From NCBI GenBank assembly GCA_046297395.1, contig JBKCNM010000075.1, positions 14,037 through 78,036 on the forward strand: a DNA stretch of 64,000 bases, written 5' to 3'. Source of the stretch: Bacteroidota bacterium. GTDB taxonomy: Bacteria; Bacteroidota; Bacteroidia; UBA4408. Positions 39,727 through 48,098 of the stretch are shown in pieces. The position numbers and the translations under genes are program-made. How positions within the stretch are numbered: the stretch's first letter is position 1; the number at the start of each line of letters is the position of its first letter. The notes beneath the pieces were generated by a model. That model was not told where the DNA came from and made no database searches. It saw only the letters and a list, made by a program, of their open reading frames with translations.

Positions 39727-40902
39727 ATGGCATGGATTGAAAGAAACAGCCCAACCGATCTGGATATTTATTTACAAGCCTCAAGGGATTATGTAGAAGG
39801 AATTAATCCATTTGGAGAGCTCTATCACCAATGGTACCATTACTACTACTCGCAGTTTTTTGCACTGATAATGTTCCCCCTTGCACTCATGCCTAATGCC
39901 CTCGCGCATATGTGCTGGATGTTGCTGAACTATTTTCTGGCTGAACAATGTTTTTTCCTGTTGGAAAAACAAACCGGAGATATCCCCGGCCCTTACAAAA
40001 CAGCCTTCAGAGGAATTCTTATTGCAGCCTCCATGAGGTTTGTGTATGAAAATTTGCATTACGGACAAGTAAGCATTCTTCTTCTTTGGATTTGTTTAAA
40101 AGCCTGGGATGCCATTGAAAACAATCAACTTGTTTTATCAGGATCATGGCTTGCCATCGGAATCAATCTAAAGATTTTGCCACTTGCTTTGTTGCCCTGG
40201 CTTGTCCTTAGAAAAAAATGGCAGGCGCTAACCGCTTGCATCGCTGTTTTTTTTCTTTTGGCAACAACTCCCGCAATTTTTACGGGCACCGATTCCTGGC
40301 TTGACATGAGTCGGTCCAGATGGGCCCTTGTAAACCCCATGCAAACACAGCATATCAAAGATATTGCCGAAGACAGCTTTCACTCAATAACCACTTTTCT
40401 TTCTGTTTTTTTAAGCGAGAATGAACCATACAAAGACATGAGAAGAAGCATTTTACAACTGAATGATGCTGCGCTGGCAAAAGCTATTTTCGCAGCGAGA
40501 TGCCTCTTTGCCCTGAGCATGCTTATTTACATGTACAGACAGGGAGGAATCAGGGGGTCACAAAAACGAAATGTATACGAATGGTATTTCGCCTTGCTCT
40601 TGATTCCACTTGCTTTCCCGCACCAGCAACACTATGCTTTCATTTTTATAATGCCGGCTTTCGCCCTTCAAACTGCCGGATTTTTTTCGTCGCTGTCAAA
40701 AGGTACTACCAACAAAAAGACAAAAGCCTTATTGCTGTTTGTTCCCGTAGTCATTTGGTCTCTCAAGCTCTTGCTCGGAGAATTCAATCCAATCTACGAG
40801 TATTATAAAATCCTCACATGGTCGGCTTTGTGGCTCTGGCTTCTTGTTTTCTTCGAAGGCCTTTTTCCTGTCCAAAATCTTCGTCAAGCAAAGATTGAAT
40901 AG
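39727..40902 (+). CDS. GT-C fold integral-membrane glycosyltransferase, GT87/DUF2029-like (polyprenol-phosphate-sugar dependent)
   Basis: About 390 aa with roughly 9-10 TM helices. The first loop has an acidic motif, PTDLDIYLQASRD, as in PimE/GT87-type enzymes. Start taken at the internal Met MAWIERNSP. The 3' end overlaps the convergent XRE gene by about 89 nt. Confidence 0.5.
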   Translation: MAWIERNSPTDLDIYLQASRDYVEGINPFGELYHQWYHYYYSQFFALIMFPLALMPNALAHMCWMLLNYFLAEQCFFLLEKQTGDIPGPYKTAFRGILIAASMRFVYENLHYGQVSILLLWICLKAWDAIENNQLVLSGSWLAIGINLKILPLALLPWLVLRKKWQALTACIAVFFLLATTPAIFTGTDSWLDMSRSRWALVNPMQTQHIKDIAEDSFHSITTFLSVFLSENEPYKDMRRSILQLNDAALAKAIFAARCLFALSMLIYMYRQGGIRGSQKRNVYEWYFALLLIPLAFPHQQHYAFIFIMPAFALQTAGFFSSLSKGTTNKKTKALLLFVPVVIWSLKLLLGEFNPIYEYYKILTWSALWLWLLVFFEGLFPVQNLRQAKIE

Positions 40903-41101
40903 GAATTTGGGTATCGAGTAATTCTTTCCAAGGGACACCCAGAATTTCACTGATTAGCTGCAACTTGCCGAAGGAGGCCCTTGCCGCCCTGAACTCAAGT
41001 TTGCGGTAACCCTCAATTGACATGTCAAGTTCAATAGCCATGGATTCAAGGCTGTAATTTCTGTAGTTGCGCAGGCAACGGATGCGGGTAGCAATGTCCA
41101 T
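40814..41101 (-). CDS. XRE family helix-turn-helix transcriptional regulator
   Basis: 95 aa. IRCLRNYRNYSLESMAIELDMSIEGYRKLE is a classic Cro/C1-type HTH. Confidence 0.7.
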   Translation of the reverse strand: MDIATRIRCLRNYRNYSLESMAIELDMSIEGYRKLEFRAARASFGKLQLISEILGVPWKELLDTQIPIQSLLDEDFGQEKGLRRKQEARATKPTM

Positions 41102-41321
41102 ACAATTAGATTAGGTTTTTGGTGAAATGGTTTTAATTGGTTTAAATACACTACAATAATAAAAAAGAATGTATATGAAAAAAATAAGACAAAACAGAAA
41201 AAACATCACCCCAAAACTTTGTCTACAGGGACAGCCATTTCATCTAATAAAAGCAATTGTTGGAAGACATGACAGGATGATATTTCATGCAAATTTCATG
41301 AAACTTGCATAGGCATGAAAT

Positions 41322-41345
41322 AAAAAAGGCGCCTTTTTAGGCGCC
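41322..41345 (-). terminator. Rho-independent terminator downstream of tRNA-Cys
   Basis: On the minus strand the transcript reads GGCGCC-UAAAAA-GGCGCC (a 6-bp GC stem) followed by UUUUUU. This sits 10 nt past the tRNA 3' end. An A-tract on the other side makes it potentially bidirectional. Confidence 0.55.
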
Positions 41346-41355
41346 GTAACACTTT

Positions 41356-41430
41356 TGGAGGTCCCGACCAGATTCGAACTGGTGTAGAAGGTTTTGCAGA
41401 CCTCTGCCTAGCCACTCGGCCACAGGACCT
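41356..41430 (-). tRNA. tRNA-Cys (anticodon GCA)
   Basis: Reverse complement is GGTCCTGTGGCCGAGTGGCTAGGCAGAGGTCTGCAAAACCTTCTACACCAGTTCGAATCTGGTCGGGACCTCCA. I folded it by hand: a 7-bp acceptor stem (one G-U pair), a D arm, an anticodon stem GAGGT/ACCTT with loop CUGCAAA (anticodon GCA), a T arm ACCAG-TTCGAAT-CTGGT, and an encoded CCA. Confidence 0.85.
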
Positions 41431-41508
41431 TAATGAGGGATGCAAAGTAACGCATTAAATCAGGAATTTACAAGCCACCGCATGGCTCGCATCAACAGGA
41501 AGAATGAT

Positions 41509-42045
41509 TTACTCAAAGCGGATGCTAAGGTCGTCGAACATGACAGCATCCTGTCCAAAATTCCAACCGTAAATTTTAATGAGGTTATTGGGGTCAAGCA
41601 ATTGGGGCTTGAGGGGAAGAACAAGCTTGAAAGCCGACCATTCACCGGGCTTTTTAATAAACTTTTTTACATCAATGGCCTCATAGGCCTGAATTTGATT
41701 TTGTGGATTTTCCAGAGAAATCACATAAGCGGCCTTGGCTCCGGCAGAAACGGTTTTTCCATACCCTTCTACCACAATTGTTTTTGGTGGATTGGGCAAG
41801 AGATCGGCAACATTCATACAATAATCTATTCCGTAAGGAACCTTGGCATCAGTGTATACACAATACTTGCCTGAGCGAGCATCATTGGTTTTAATCAAAC
41901 TGGGATGGTTTTTTACAAAATGAACCAGCTCGTCAAATTGGATATGATACTCCTTGTTGTTAAAAGTTTCTTGTTTTTTTCCGCATGAGAAAAAAACAAA
42001 AGAAACAGGAATAAACAAAAGAAAAACAGCTTGTATTTTTTTCAT
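41509..42045 (-). CDS. Hypothetical lipoprotein
   Basis: 178 aa. Signal plus lipobox (LFIPVSFVFFSCGKK). No recognisable motif. Confidence 0.5.
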   Translation of the reverse strand: MKKIQAVFLLFIPVSFVFFSCGKKQETFNNKEYHIQFDELVHFVKNHPSLIKTNDARSGKYCVYTDAKVPYGIDYCMNVADLLPNPPKTIVVEGYGKTVSAGAKAAYVISLENPQNQIQAYEAIDVKKFIKKPGEWSAFKLVLPLKPQLLDPNNLIKIYGWNFGQDAVMFDDLSIRFE

Positions 42046-42114
42046 GATGCTTTTGGGGTGCGCAAATATATGAAAGCATAATTATTGTTCGTTTTGTAAA
42101 ACAACAAACACCAC

Positions 42115-44394
42115 TCATCTAATCTCCTCGAGGAAGATATCCGGCATGGTATATAAGCCACCGGGACCACTCCCGCTTCCGGAAAACCAACCTTGTGCAG
42201 TAGTCATTTTGCTGTAGGAGGCAATCCATGGAAAAGGAACCACCGGACTCTTTAGTTCAAAACTGCCATCGGATAGCGAAACGGTGTGGTAAGAAACCGT
42301 ATAGGCCTTGTTCCATATCATGATTACTGCGCCGGAAACAGGATTCTTTTTATTATCTAAAATCCTTCCTTTCAGAATACACTTTGTCTTCTTGCTGTTT
42401 TGGGAGTAATTGTAATAGTTTGGCAGGAGGCTACAGGGCATAGACTTCTGAAGAGCAGAAAAACCGCGGAAAACCTCAGCTATTGGTTTACATGTACCGG
42501 AAACGATGTAACCGTTAGCGGTAAGCGTCGTACCCTGAAGACTCAGCATCCCCATGAAATTTGCATGGTAGCGCTTCCAATCAACATCCTTGTACTGCCA
42601 CCACGAATACCCCGAAGCGCCGCAATGATATGATTGCCTGAATGTTTCTTCGGCAAACTTTTTTTGCGCCAGATAGCGTACTTTTATATTGTCTGCAGGA
42701 ATCGCTGTTTCTCCAATAATCCAAGGCTTCTTTACATGTTTGCCATACCAGTATATTTCATTACGCACCTGTTCGGGTTCAAATTCATAAGGATGAAAAG
42801 AAACAAAGTCAACCGGCAACAAAGAAGGATCCCATTCAAATACTTCTCTGACTCCAACAAGGCCAATGGTGGTGAGCTGATTGGGAGCATTTTTTTTCAC
42901 AATCTCGTTCCATTTACTTACTGATTTTATCACTTCTTTTTTTTCATGAAAATCTTTGTCGAAATACAAGGGCTCGTTAAAAAAATCATAGGCCATTAAT
43001 CCGGGGTGACCGGAAAATCGGGAGGCAAGTTTTGCCAACATATTTTCTCTCTCTTTATCTAAAAAAACATTTTTCACCAACAAAATCACCCTGATTTTGT
43101 ATGCATAAGCAAGGTCAAGCACCATCTCTACCGCATCTAAATAATTTTTGATTTCTCCATCGCTTACCAAAGATCGTGTACCACTTTTTCTGGAGAGAAA
43201 TTTGGTGCGTACACACAGCTCTTTTGTTTTTGCATTTTTATCTGTCTCTCCCAGTCCGGTAATTCGTAAATAATGTATTCCTTTTGAAGCCAGCAGCTCA
43301 AAATCAGCCGACATGGCATTTATAGAAGACCATTTGTTACGGGGGAAATCTTCACTGTCTTCTGTGTAATATTCCGATGCACAAGGCCAAATTTCTTTTC
43401 CATCATCCACCAGGCCTACAATATAGTTTGTAAAGACTGGAAATACAGGCTTTCCCTCACAAAAAAAGGTTTTCCCTTTCAGGGCCACTCCGCTATTCTC
43501 TGCCTGAGATTGGTAGGATATTACAGGTTTTATTAAGAATGGAGAAGGAGACAAATCGGGGCCCACCTCTTTCATCCCCTCCTGCTTCATCAAGGCAAGC
43601 GTATGTGTGCTAACCCCGCAGAAAATATCAGACGACAATAGCTTTTGATAATCCGCAAAAGCGTTCTTTCCAAAAACAGGGCTAGATTTATTTTCTATCC
43701 AGCCCTTCAGGAAAGCAAAAGCAGAATCTTGTACAAGAGATTCGGGAAAAACAAGCAGCAAGAACTTATAAACGCCGGTTTCCGGTCTTGGCGGAATGCT
43801 GCTTTTGATTTCTTTCTTTCTTGCATCAGCATCAACTATATATAAAGCATCATAATAAAGTTGCGCATCAGGGCTGGTGTTTTTTTGTCGGGCTTTTATG
43901 CAAATGGCTTTAAACCAGTTACTGTCATTTCTGATAATATCACTGATTCGACAGATTTCAGAAGAATCTGCTCCGGTGTTGATACTGAAAAAATTTTTAA
44001 TCAGCTGATTCGAATTACCCGCAATTTTTTCGCTCAGATGAAAGCTGTTTTTCACACAAGGATCTTTCTGAAAAAGCAGTCGTTGACGCACATCTTGGCT
44101 CGCGAATAAAGAATCCGGTCTGGGTTCTTTGGCATAAAAAAGCTGGTAGTAAAACCTAATACTATCCTTTCCGGTATTTTGAATACGAATTTGGTACTCG
44201 AATAGCCCTGTGGCGCACTGCTCGGTGGAGGGAGCATGGAATCCTCCTGAGATTGAGTTGCCCTCACCAATTACCAAATCAGCAGAAGGAAGATTGGCAA
44301 ATGGATGAAACTGCTGAATACAAAAAGAGTTTTGTCCGAACAAAAGCCGTCCATTTATTAAAATAAAAAATAGGGTCCTACAAAAAAACTTCAT
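42115..44394 (-). CDS. Secreted clan GH-A (GH5-like) glycoside hydrolase with a C-terminal carboxypeptidase-regulatory-like beta-sandwich domain
   Basis: 759 aa with a signal peptide. The TIM-barrel region has a FFNEP acid/base motif (NEP is the conserved GH-A catalytic acid) and a downstream WIIGETAI (Glu nucleophile). The C-terminus, KGRILDNKKNPVSGAVIMIWNKAYTVSYHTVSLSDGSFELK, is CarbopepD_reg-like. Confidence 0.55.
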   Translation of the reverse strand: MKFFCRTLFFILINGRLLFGQNSFCIQQFHPFANLPSADLVIGEGNSISGGFHAPSTEQCATGLFEYQIRIQNTGKDSIRFYYQLFYAKEPRPDSLFASQDVRQRLLFQKDPCVKNSFHLSEKIAGNSNQLIKNFFSINTGADSSEICRISDIIRNDSNWFKAICIKARQKNTSPDAQLYYDALYIVDADARKKEIKSSIPPRPETGVYKFLLLVFPESLVQDSAFAFLKGWIENKSSPVFGKNAFADYQKLLSSDIFCGVSTHTLALMKQEGMKEVGPDLSPSPFLIKPVISYQSQAENSGVALKGKTFFCEGKPVFPVFTNYIVGLVDDGKEIWPCASEYYTEDSEDFPRNKWSSINAMSADFELLASKGIHYLRITGLGETDKNAKTKELCVRTKFLSRKSGTRSLVSDGEIKNYLDAVEMVLDLAYAYKIRVILLVKNVFLDKERENMLAKLASRFSGHPGLMAYDFFNEPLYFDKDFHEKKEVIKSVSKWNEIVKKNAPNQLTTIGLVGVREVFEWDPSLLPVDFVSFHPYEFEPEQVRNEIYWYGKHVKKPWIIGETAIPADNIKVRYLAQKKFAEETFRQSYHCGASGYSWWQYKDVDWKRYHANFMGMLSLQGTTLTANGYIVSGTCKPIAEVFRGFSALQKSMPCSLLPNYYNYSQNSKKTKCILKGRILDNKKNPVSGAVIMIWNKAYTVSYHTVSLSDGSFELKSPVVPFPWIASYSKMTTAQGWFSGSGSGPGGLYTMPDIFLEEIR

Positions 44395-44508
44395 GAATAC
44401 GATGTAAATAAAGGAAGAAATATGGTTTCATCCCCCTAACATCAGAAGAAAGCACACAAACTGCCATTCATTTACTCATGAATTCAAAACACGGCTCGGG
44501 GAGCGGTA

Positions 44509-45102
44509 TTATGAAACCGCCAGGGTCCTGAAAACATAATTTCTGGCTCCATAGTATTTCAAGGTAGCCTCAAGACAGGGAAGCATTCTATCTCTTGCTT
44601 TTTGGCTGTCATGAAACACCAAAATGCTTCCTGCTTTGCTTTTGCTCACCACTCTCCTAAAACAATCTTGCCATGTGAGGTTTGGATCATAGTCCCTGCT
44701 GAGTACATGCCAAAAAACGATGCGATGAGTTTTTTTGAGCACGAGGTATTGTTTGAGGCTGATTTTTCCATATGGTGGGCGAAAAAGTTTATTGTCGAAA
44801 AAAACTGATGCCCTCAATACATCATTTACATATTTTTCCGTGGCAGTTTCCCATCCTTTGTTGTGAGAATAGCTGTGATTACATGCGAGGTGACCACGCG
44901 CGGCTATTTGTTTAAAAAGTTCATAATTCTTGGTGATGTTCCTCCCCAGGCAAAAAAAAGTCCCTTGTGCCTGATATTTTTCCAGAATTTGTAGCACCCC
45001 CGGCGTTACTTCGGGAACCGGTCCATCATCGAATGTAAGGTAAAGGATGTTTCTTCCATGCGCATCAAACTTGGGCAGCGAAGGCACAGGCAAGAGGTTC
45101 AT
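44509..45102 (-). CDS. Polysaccharide deacetylase (CE4 / NodB homology domain)
   Basis: 197 aa. LTFDDGP (motif 1, catalytic Asp plus metal Asp) and HSYSH (motif 2, His-His metal ligands). Confidence 0.8.
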   Translation of the reverse strand: MNLLPVPSLPKFDAHGRNILYLTFDDGPVPEVTPGVLQILEKYQAQGTFFCLGRNITKNYELFKQIAARGHLACNHSYSHNKGWETATEKYVNDVLRASVFFDNKLFRPPYGKISLKQYLVLKKTHRIVFWHVLSRDYDPNLTWQDCFRRVVSKSKAGSILVFHDSQKARDRMLPCLEATLKYYGARNYVFRTLAVS

Positions 45103-46160
45103 ACATCGGCTTTTTGTTGCTTTTGGGCAAGCATAAAATCCATGGCCTTCTCAACCATATTGGAGGAGCCAATAAACAATGAAACGCGTTGATGGATATC
45201 CAAAGGATCTATTTCTAGAATTCTTTTTTCTCCGTCTGTGGCAATGGCACCGGCCTGTTCGGCGATGAAGGCCAGAGGATTGCATTCATAAAGCAGACGA
45301 AGTTTTCCTTTGGGGGATTTAGAAGTGGGGGGATAGATATAAATACCGCCTTTGATTAGGTTGCGGTGAAAATCGGCCACCAAGGACCCAATGTATCTGA
45401 GCGTATAAGGCCTGGATGAGGACTTGTCTTCTTCCTGGCAGTATTTGATATATTCTTTAACACCGGCGGGAAAATGCACAAAATTACCCTGGTTAATAGA
45501 ATAAATTTCCCCCTGGTCAGGGGCTTTCAAATCCGGATGAGAGAGACAGAATTCTCCGATAGAAGGGTCGAGCGTAAATCCGTTTACACCATTGCCTGTA
45601 GTATAAACCAACATGGTGCTGGAGCCGTAAATTACATATCCTGCGGCAACCTGTTCGGTTCCTTTTTGAAGAAAATCTTCCACGGTTCCCGGCCCCTTTA
45701 TAGATGTTCTGAGGTAGATAGAAAAAATGGTACCTATGGATACATTCACATCAATATTGGAAGATCCATCCAATGGGTCAATGCAAACTACATATTTTGC
45801 GTTTTTTGATATTTCTGAATCAATGGGAATGATGTCATCATTTTCTTCTGATGCAATCGCACAGCATTCCCCTCCGGCCTGTAAAGCAGCAATAAACTGT
45901 TCGTTTGCAAAAACATCTAGTTTTTTTTGTTCTTCACCCTGAACATGTGTTTCTCCGGCGGCCCCTAGGATGTCAACAAGCCCCGCTTTGTTTACGTCCC
46001 TGTTCACAATTTTGGCGGCAATACCAATGTCTCTCAGCAAGCGACTCAGTTCTCCCTTGGCATAGGGATAATCAGATTGTCTGGAAATGATAAATTGTCC
46101 CAGGGTTATCACACCCGATTGTAACGACATAGGCAAATTTTGTGGTATTGCAAATATCAA
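45099..46160 (-). CDS. fbp: Fructose-1,6-bisphosphatase class 1
   Basis: 353 aa. ...[13 protein letters not shown]... and the metal-binding region [22 protein letters not shown] are canonical for FBPase I. Confidence 0.9.
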   Translation of the reverse strand: MIFAIPQNLPMSLQSGVITLGQFIISRQSDYPYAKGELSRLLRDIGIAAKIVNRDVNKAGLVDILGAAGETHVQGEEQKKLDVFANEQFIAALQAGGECCAIASEENDDIIPIDSEISKNAKYVVCIDPLDGSSNIDVNVSIGTIFSIYLRTSIKGPGTVEDFLQKGTEQVAAGYVIYGSSTMLVYTTGNGVNGFTLDPSIGEFCLSHPDLKAPDQGEIYSINQGNFVHFPAGVKEYIKYCQEEDKSSSRPYTLRYIGSLVADFHRNLIKGGIYIYPPTSKSPKGKLRLLYECNPLAFIAEQAGAIATDGEKRILEIDPLDIHQRVSLFIGSSNMVEKAMDFMLAQKQQKADV

Positions 46161-46203
46161 TTTTTTTCGCTTATCGACACCTTTCCCCTAATTTTGGCCA
46201 AGA

Positions 46204-46665
46204 ATGAATTGCATCATCAGAAAAGGAATGCCCTCAGACATCCCAAGGGTATTTGCCCTCATCATGGAGCTGGCCACCTTTGAAAAGGCTCCTGAAGAGG
46301 TCATTCATACTCCCGAAAAACTTCTGGCAGATGGTTTCGGAGAGAATCCTCTCTATAGTCTATGGGTTGCTGATTCGGGAACAGATATTATTGGAATGGC
46401 GCTCTGTTACATCCGTTATTCAACCTGGAAAGGTCCGTGTCTTTATCTGGAAGATATTGTGGTTACTGCCGATCAAAGAAACCGGGGCATCGGAAAAGCC
46501 TTGTTTGATGCAGTTATGGCTTATGCCACCCAAAAAGAGTATGCACAAGTAAACTGGCAGGTACTCGACTGGAATACCCCCGCCATTCGATTTTATGAAA
46601 AAACCGGAGCCGCCTTCGATCCGCACTGGATCAATGTTTCATTAAGAACCCCTTTTCATTCATGA
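46204..46665 (+). CDS. GNAT family N-acetyltransferase
   Basis: 153 aa. Acetyl-CoA-binding motif A: QRNRGIGKALFDAVMAYA. Confidence 0.75.
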   Translation: MNCIIRKGMPSDIPRVFALIMELATFEKAPEEVIHTPEKLLADGFGENPLYSLWVADSGTDIIGMALCYIRYSTWKGPCLYLEDIVVTADQRNRGIGKALFDAVMAYATQKEYAQVNWQVLDWNTPAIRFYEKTGAAFDPHWINVSLRTPFHS

Positions 46666-47627
46666 TTGTTGTTACAGGAGCCGCAGGCTTTATCGGAAGT
46701 TGCTTGGTGTCATTCCTGAATCGCGAGGGATTTAATGACCTGGTTTTGGTGGATGATTTTTCTGTTGAAGCCAAAAGAGACAACTTGTCGGGAAAATCAT
46801 TTACTGAGAAAGTAGAGCGCGCCTCGTTCTTTAATTGGTTTGATAAAAATCACCATCGCATTCAATTCGTTTATCATCTGGGAGCCCGCACGGATACGAC
46901 CGAAAAAAACACTGATATTTTTGAAAAACTCAACCTGTCTTATTCAAAACAGGTTTGGGAATATTGTTGCCGTTATGGGATTGCCCTGGTTTACGCTTCA
47001 TCTGCCGCTGTTTATGGCTCAGGAGATAAAGGATACAGTGATGATCACAGCCTCATGAACGAATATGTTCCTCTCAACCCGTATGGAGCATCCAAATATG
47101 ATTTTGATGCTTGGGTATTGTCACAAAAAAAACAACCGTACCATTGGGCCGGGTTGCGGTTTTTTAATGTTTACGGTCCCAATGAATACCATAAGGGCAG
47201 AATGGCATCAGTGGTTTTTCATGCCTACAAACAATTGCAGGAAAAAGGAAAAATAAACCTGTTCCGTTCCCATAGGTCGGGCATCGCAGACGGGGAGCAA
47301 AAGAGGGATTTTGTATATGTGATGGATGTTTGTAAGGTGATGTACTTCCTCCTTCATCATCGCAAAAGCCGGGATATATACAATTTGGGCACCGGTAATG
47401 CCGAAACTTTTTATGATTTGGCAAGGTGGGTTTGCGAAGCGGCAGGCATGAGTTCCAACATTTCATTTGTGGATACCCCTGAGGATATTCGTAATACTTA
47501 TCAATATTACACCTGTGCGGATATCAGCAAATTGAGGTCCTCCGGATACAAAGAGCCATTCATGGGACTTCATGAGGGTATTTATCACTATGTGAAGAAC
47601 CATCTCACAACCCAATCGTATTCCTGA
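46662..47627 (+). CDS. hldD: ADP-L-glycero-D-manno-heptose 6-epimerase (HldD/RfaD)
   Basis: 321 aa. MIVVTGAAGFIGSCLVSFLN at the N-terminus, then YASSAAVYG, YGASKYDFD and FFNVYGPNEYHKGRMASVVFH, which match HldD closely along its whole length. Confidence 0.85.
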   Translation: MIVVTGAAGFIGSCLVSFLNREGFNDLVLVDDFSVEAKRDNLSGKSFTEKVERASFFNWFDKNHHRIQFVYHLGARTDTTEKNTDIFEKLNLSYSKQVWEYCCRYGIALVYASSAAVYGSGDKGYSDDHSLMNEYVPLNPYGASKYDFDAWVLSQKKQPYHWAGLRFFNVYGPNEYHKGRMASVVFHAYKQLQEKGKINLFRSHRSGIADGEQKRDFVYVMDVCKVMYFLLHHRKSRDIYNLGTGNAETFYDLARWVCEAAGMSSNISFVDTPEDIRNTYQYYTCADISKLRSSGYKEPFMGLHEGIYHYVKNHLTTQSYS

Positions 47628-48094
47628 TGTTGAAAAAATATTTTTCACAATCCCCGATTGCTACGGCCATAGACCTTTATCACAACAAGGTGATTCGGTA
47701 TTTTTTTGCAGCCGGTACAGCTACCGTTGTTGATGTGTTGATGTATTTCGTGACCCTGCACTTTGTTTTACACAAACAAGATTTATCTATCGCTTCAGGA
47801 CTGGTGGTGGGCGGAACAAGTATTGCGCTGGTCGTCTCTTATACTTGCGGACTTGTCACCAATTTTATCATTACCAAGTATTTTGTTTTCACAGAATCGG
47901 AACTCAAGGGGCGAACCCAGTTCACAAGATTTGTTTTAGTTGCAATTTTGGTTCTGTTTGCGAATTACCTACTGATGAGTTTTCTGATAAAGGTATTGCA
48001 CATCTTTCCCACGCCGGCAAGAGCCATATCGGCACTCAGCATTGGTGTGTTCAGTTTTACTGCACACAAGTTTTTCTCTTTTAAAATGGGTTAG
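47627..48094 (+). CDS. GtrA family membrane protein (polyprenol-phosphate-sugar translocation / polysaccharide synthesis family)
   Basis: 155 aa with 4 TM helices. IRYFFAAGTATVVDVLMYFV is a typical GtrA-like N-terminus. Its start overlaps the hldD stop. Confidence 0.7.
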   Translation: MLKKYFSQSPIATAIDLYHNKVIRYFFAAGTATVVDVLMYFVTLHFVLHKQDLSIASGLVVGGTSIALVVSYTCGLVTNFIITKYFVFTESELKGRTQFTRFVLVAILVLFANYLLMSFLIKVLHIFPTPARAISALSIGVFSFTAHKFFSFKMG

Positions 48095-48098
48095 AATC

